Positions 62,177 to 64,000 of a DNA stretch of 64,000 nucleotides are shown here, piece by piece. The notes under the pieces were generated by a model. The model was not told the DNA's origin. It saw only the letters and a program-made list of their open reading frames with translations, and made no database searches. How positions within the stretch are numbered: the first letter of the stretch is position 1; each line of letters opens with the position of its first letter. The translations under genes were made by a program, and so were the position numbers. This DNA comes from Paracoccus sp. (in: a-proteobacteria) (lineage in GTDB: Bacteria; Pseudomonadota; Alphaproteobacteria; Rhodobacterales; Rhodobacteraceae), in contig NZ_JBKBVD010000010.1 of the NCBI RefSeq assembly GCF_046289755.1, positions 12,597 through 76,596 on the forward strand. Direction: 5' to 3'.

Positions 62177-63829
62177 TTACGCCATATCTGGCAAGCACAG
62201 AGTTCGCAGACAGGAGACTTGACCATGACCATCGCAATCACCGGCGCCAGCGGCCAGCTGGGCCGCCTGATCATCGACCAGCTGATTGCCCGGCAGGGCG
62301 CGGCGGATCTGATCGGTCTGGCGCGTGCGCCCGAGGCCGCCAACCTGCCGGTCCGGACCCGCGCCGCCGATTACGACCACCCCGGAACGCTTGGGCCTGC
62401 ATTGGCCGGGGTCGACACGCTGATGCTGATTTCGGGCAACGAGATCGGGCGCCGCACGCCCCAGCACCGCGCCGTGATCGAGGCCGCGCAGGCGGCGGGC
62501 GTCCGCCGCATCGTCTATACCAGCCTGCTGCATGCCGACCGCTCGCCCCTCAGCCTGGCGGACGAGCACCGCGAAACCGAGGCGATGCTGCACGCATCCG
62601 GGCTGGCCGTGACGATCCTGCGCAATGGCTGGTATCAGGAGAATCACACCGGCAGCATTCCCGCCACGCTGTCGCTTGGCACGCTTTACGGCGCCGCAGG
62701 CGCGGGCCGGATCGCCGCCGCCGCCCGCGCGGATTACGCCGAGGCCGCCGCCGTGGTGCTGACCGGCGCGTGGCATGAGGGCCAGACCTACGAGCTGGCG
62801 GGCGCGCCTGCCTTCACGCTTGCCGAACTGGCCGCCGAAATCTCGCGCCAGACCGGGCGCGAGATCCCCTTTGTGAACCTGCCCGAGGCGGATTACGCGG
62901 CGGCACTGGCCGGGGCAGGCGTGCCCGCAGGCTTTGCCGCCAAGCTGGCCAGCTTTGACGCGCTGGCGGCCGATGGCGCGCTGATGGGCGATGGCACGGT
63001 GCTGGCGCGGCTGATCGGGCGTCCGTCGCGCCCGCTGGCCGATGCGGTCGCGGCTGCGCTGCCGGAGTAACCACCCCGCCGCGAGGGGGTAGGACCCCGC
63101 GCGGACGGCCTCGAGGCTGGCGGCCAGACCGGCGCGGGGCATGCCACGCAGCATCTGATCGCCGATGACAAAGGCAGGCGTGCCCCGGACACCCAGAGTG
63201 GCGGCAAGTTCCTGGTTGGCGCGCAGGACCGAGCTGACCGATTCGGTCTGCATCCGGTTCATCACCTCGTCAGAATCGACCCCGATCTGACCCGCAAGCG
63301 CCGCAAGGCTCTGGGCGGTGATGCCGCCGCGCATGCCGCCCATCAGCGCGTTATGGGCGGCCAGATAGGCCTCGTCGCCCGCGATCTGAAGCACCGCGAC
63401 GGTAAAGCGTGCGGCCAGTTCGCTTTCCTCGCCAAGAATCGGAAGTTCTTTCAGAATCAGCCGGATATTGCCATCATTCTCGACAGTTTCCTGAACCTCG
63501 GGGTTGAACTGCTGGCAATAGGTGCAGCGATAGTCGATGAATTCGACCACATCCAGTTCGCCCTCGGGGTTGCCGCCGACCCAGCTTGCGCCATCCTCGA
63601 AAATGGCGTCGTGGTTGGCGGCGACCAGCGCGCGGTCATTCTCGACCCCCGCCTCGGCCTGCCGCTCCTCCAGCGCATTGATCGCCTCGACCAGCACCTG
63701 CGGATTTTCCATCAGATAGTCGCGCACCGCGCTGCCAAAGGCCGCGCGCTCGGTTTCGGTCATCGCGGACAGGTCCAGGGCTGCGGCAGGCGTGGCGGAC
63801 AGCAGCAGCGCGGCAATCAGGCGTTTCAT
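62177..63829 (-). CDS. DsbA-family thiol:disulfide oxidoreductase; domain ends near 63085 but the ORF has no stop until 62177
   Basis: Signal peptide MKRLIAALLL, VRDYLMENP, EFIDYRCTYC, KELPILG, GTPAFVIG. Confidence 0.85.
   Translation of the reverse strand: MKRLIAALLLSATPAAALDLSAMTETERAAFGSAVRDYLMENPQVLVEAINALEERQAEAGVENDRALVAANHDAIFEDGASWVGGNPEGELDVVEFIDYRCTYCQQFNPEVQETVENDGNIRLILKELPILGEESELAARFTVAVLQIAGDEAYLAAHNALMGGMRGGITAQSLAALAGQIGVDSDEVMNRMQTESVSSVLRANQELAATLGVRGTPAFVIGDQMLRGMPRAGLAASLEAVRAGSYPLAAGWLLRQRSRDRIGQRARRTPDQPRQHRAIAHQRAIGRQRVKAGQLGGKACGHACPGQCRRVIRLGQVHKGDLAPGLARDFGGQFGKREGRRARQLVGLALMPRAGQHHGGGLGVIRAGGGGDPARACGAVKRAKRQRGGNAAGVILLIPAIAQDRHGQPGCVQHRLGFAVLVRQAEGRAVGMQQAGIDDAADARRLRGLDHGAVLGRAAPDLVARNQHQRVDPGQCRPKRSGVVVIGGAGPDRQVGGLGRTRQTDQIRRALPGNQLVDDQAAQLAAGAGDCDGHGQVSCLRTLCLPDMA
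62225..63070 (+). CDS. NAD(P)H:quinone oxidoreductase, YtfG/QorB-like (NmrA-type SDR)
   Basis: ITGASGQLG, ADYD, IVYTSLL, LRNGWYQEN, AARADYAEAAA. Confidence 0.9.
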   Translation: MTIAITGASGQLGRLIIDQLIARQGAADLIGLARAPEAANLPVRTRAADYDHPGTLGPALAGVDTLMLISGNEIGRRTPQHRAVIEAAQAAGVRRIVYTSLLHADRSPLSLADEHRETEAMLHASGLAVTILRNGWYQENHTGSIPATLSLGTLYGAAGAGRIAAAARADYAEAAAVVLTGAWHEGQTYELAGAPAFTLAELAAEISRQTGREIPFVNLPEADYAAALAGAGVPAGFAAKLASFDALAADGALMGDGTVLARLIGRPSRPLADAVAAALPE

Positions 63830-64000
63830 CGGCACTCTTTCCCGTGTTCGGTCGCGGGCAGAGTGCCGCCCCGGCGCCGCGAAGGCAAGCAAGCGACGAT
63901 CAGCTTCCCGCGATCTGGCCTTTCGCGCGCAAAGAACTGGTTTGGCCGGGCAAGCCGCGCTAAACCGCAGGGAAAAAGGAAGGTCGGGCAGATGCGGCAG

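Noticed and set aside
63992-64000. ATG CGG CAG at the window edge, possibly a gene divergent from dsbA
   Set aside because: Only three codons visible

Overview
High-GC alphaproteobacterial chromosomal segment, most likely Rhodobacteraceae (Paracoccus-like). This is inferred from gene content and order: NDUFA12-mlaD-DUF2155-aat-accCB, ATPase-metA-ppk2, cho/bet. I found no rRNA, tRNA, CRISPR array, integrase or transposase. Core genes (guaB, pth, clpPX, aat, accBC, hisAFE, metA, ppk2) alternate with accessory blocks. (1) A Tct tricarboxylate transporter has a sensor/regulator/binding-protein operon and an AtuA(DUF1446)-DUF4387-AbrB tail of unknown chemistry. (2) A TRAP-SDR unit is divergent from IclR, SCP2-type thiolase, acyl-CoA ligase and a tandem PPC/DUF296 protein; its substrate is unknown. 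(3) A 16 kb L-arabinose/D-galactose oxidative island (gbpR-chvE-gguAB-araD1-dehydratase-dehydrogenase-KGSADH-ytfQRT-yjfF-galM) lies between clpX and NDUFA12. (4) There is a stand-alone kpsT/kpsE/kpsM capsule exporter. (5) There is a choXWV/betIBA osmoprotection cluster. The most unusual observations are the two orphan catabolic modules, a candidate ~165 nt structured ncRNA at 19.6 kb, and two genes that have apparently lost their stop codons (a PotD-like binding protein and a DsbA). Those two run antisense across neighbouring elements. Several small intergenic repeats are also present. Family calls come from motif recognition, not database searches, and start codons were adjusted by eye.
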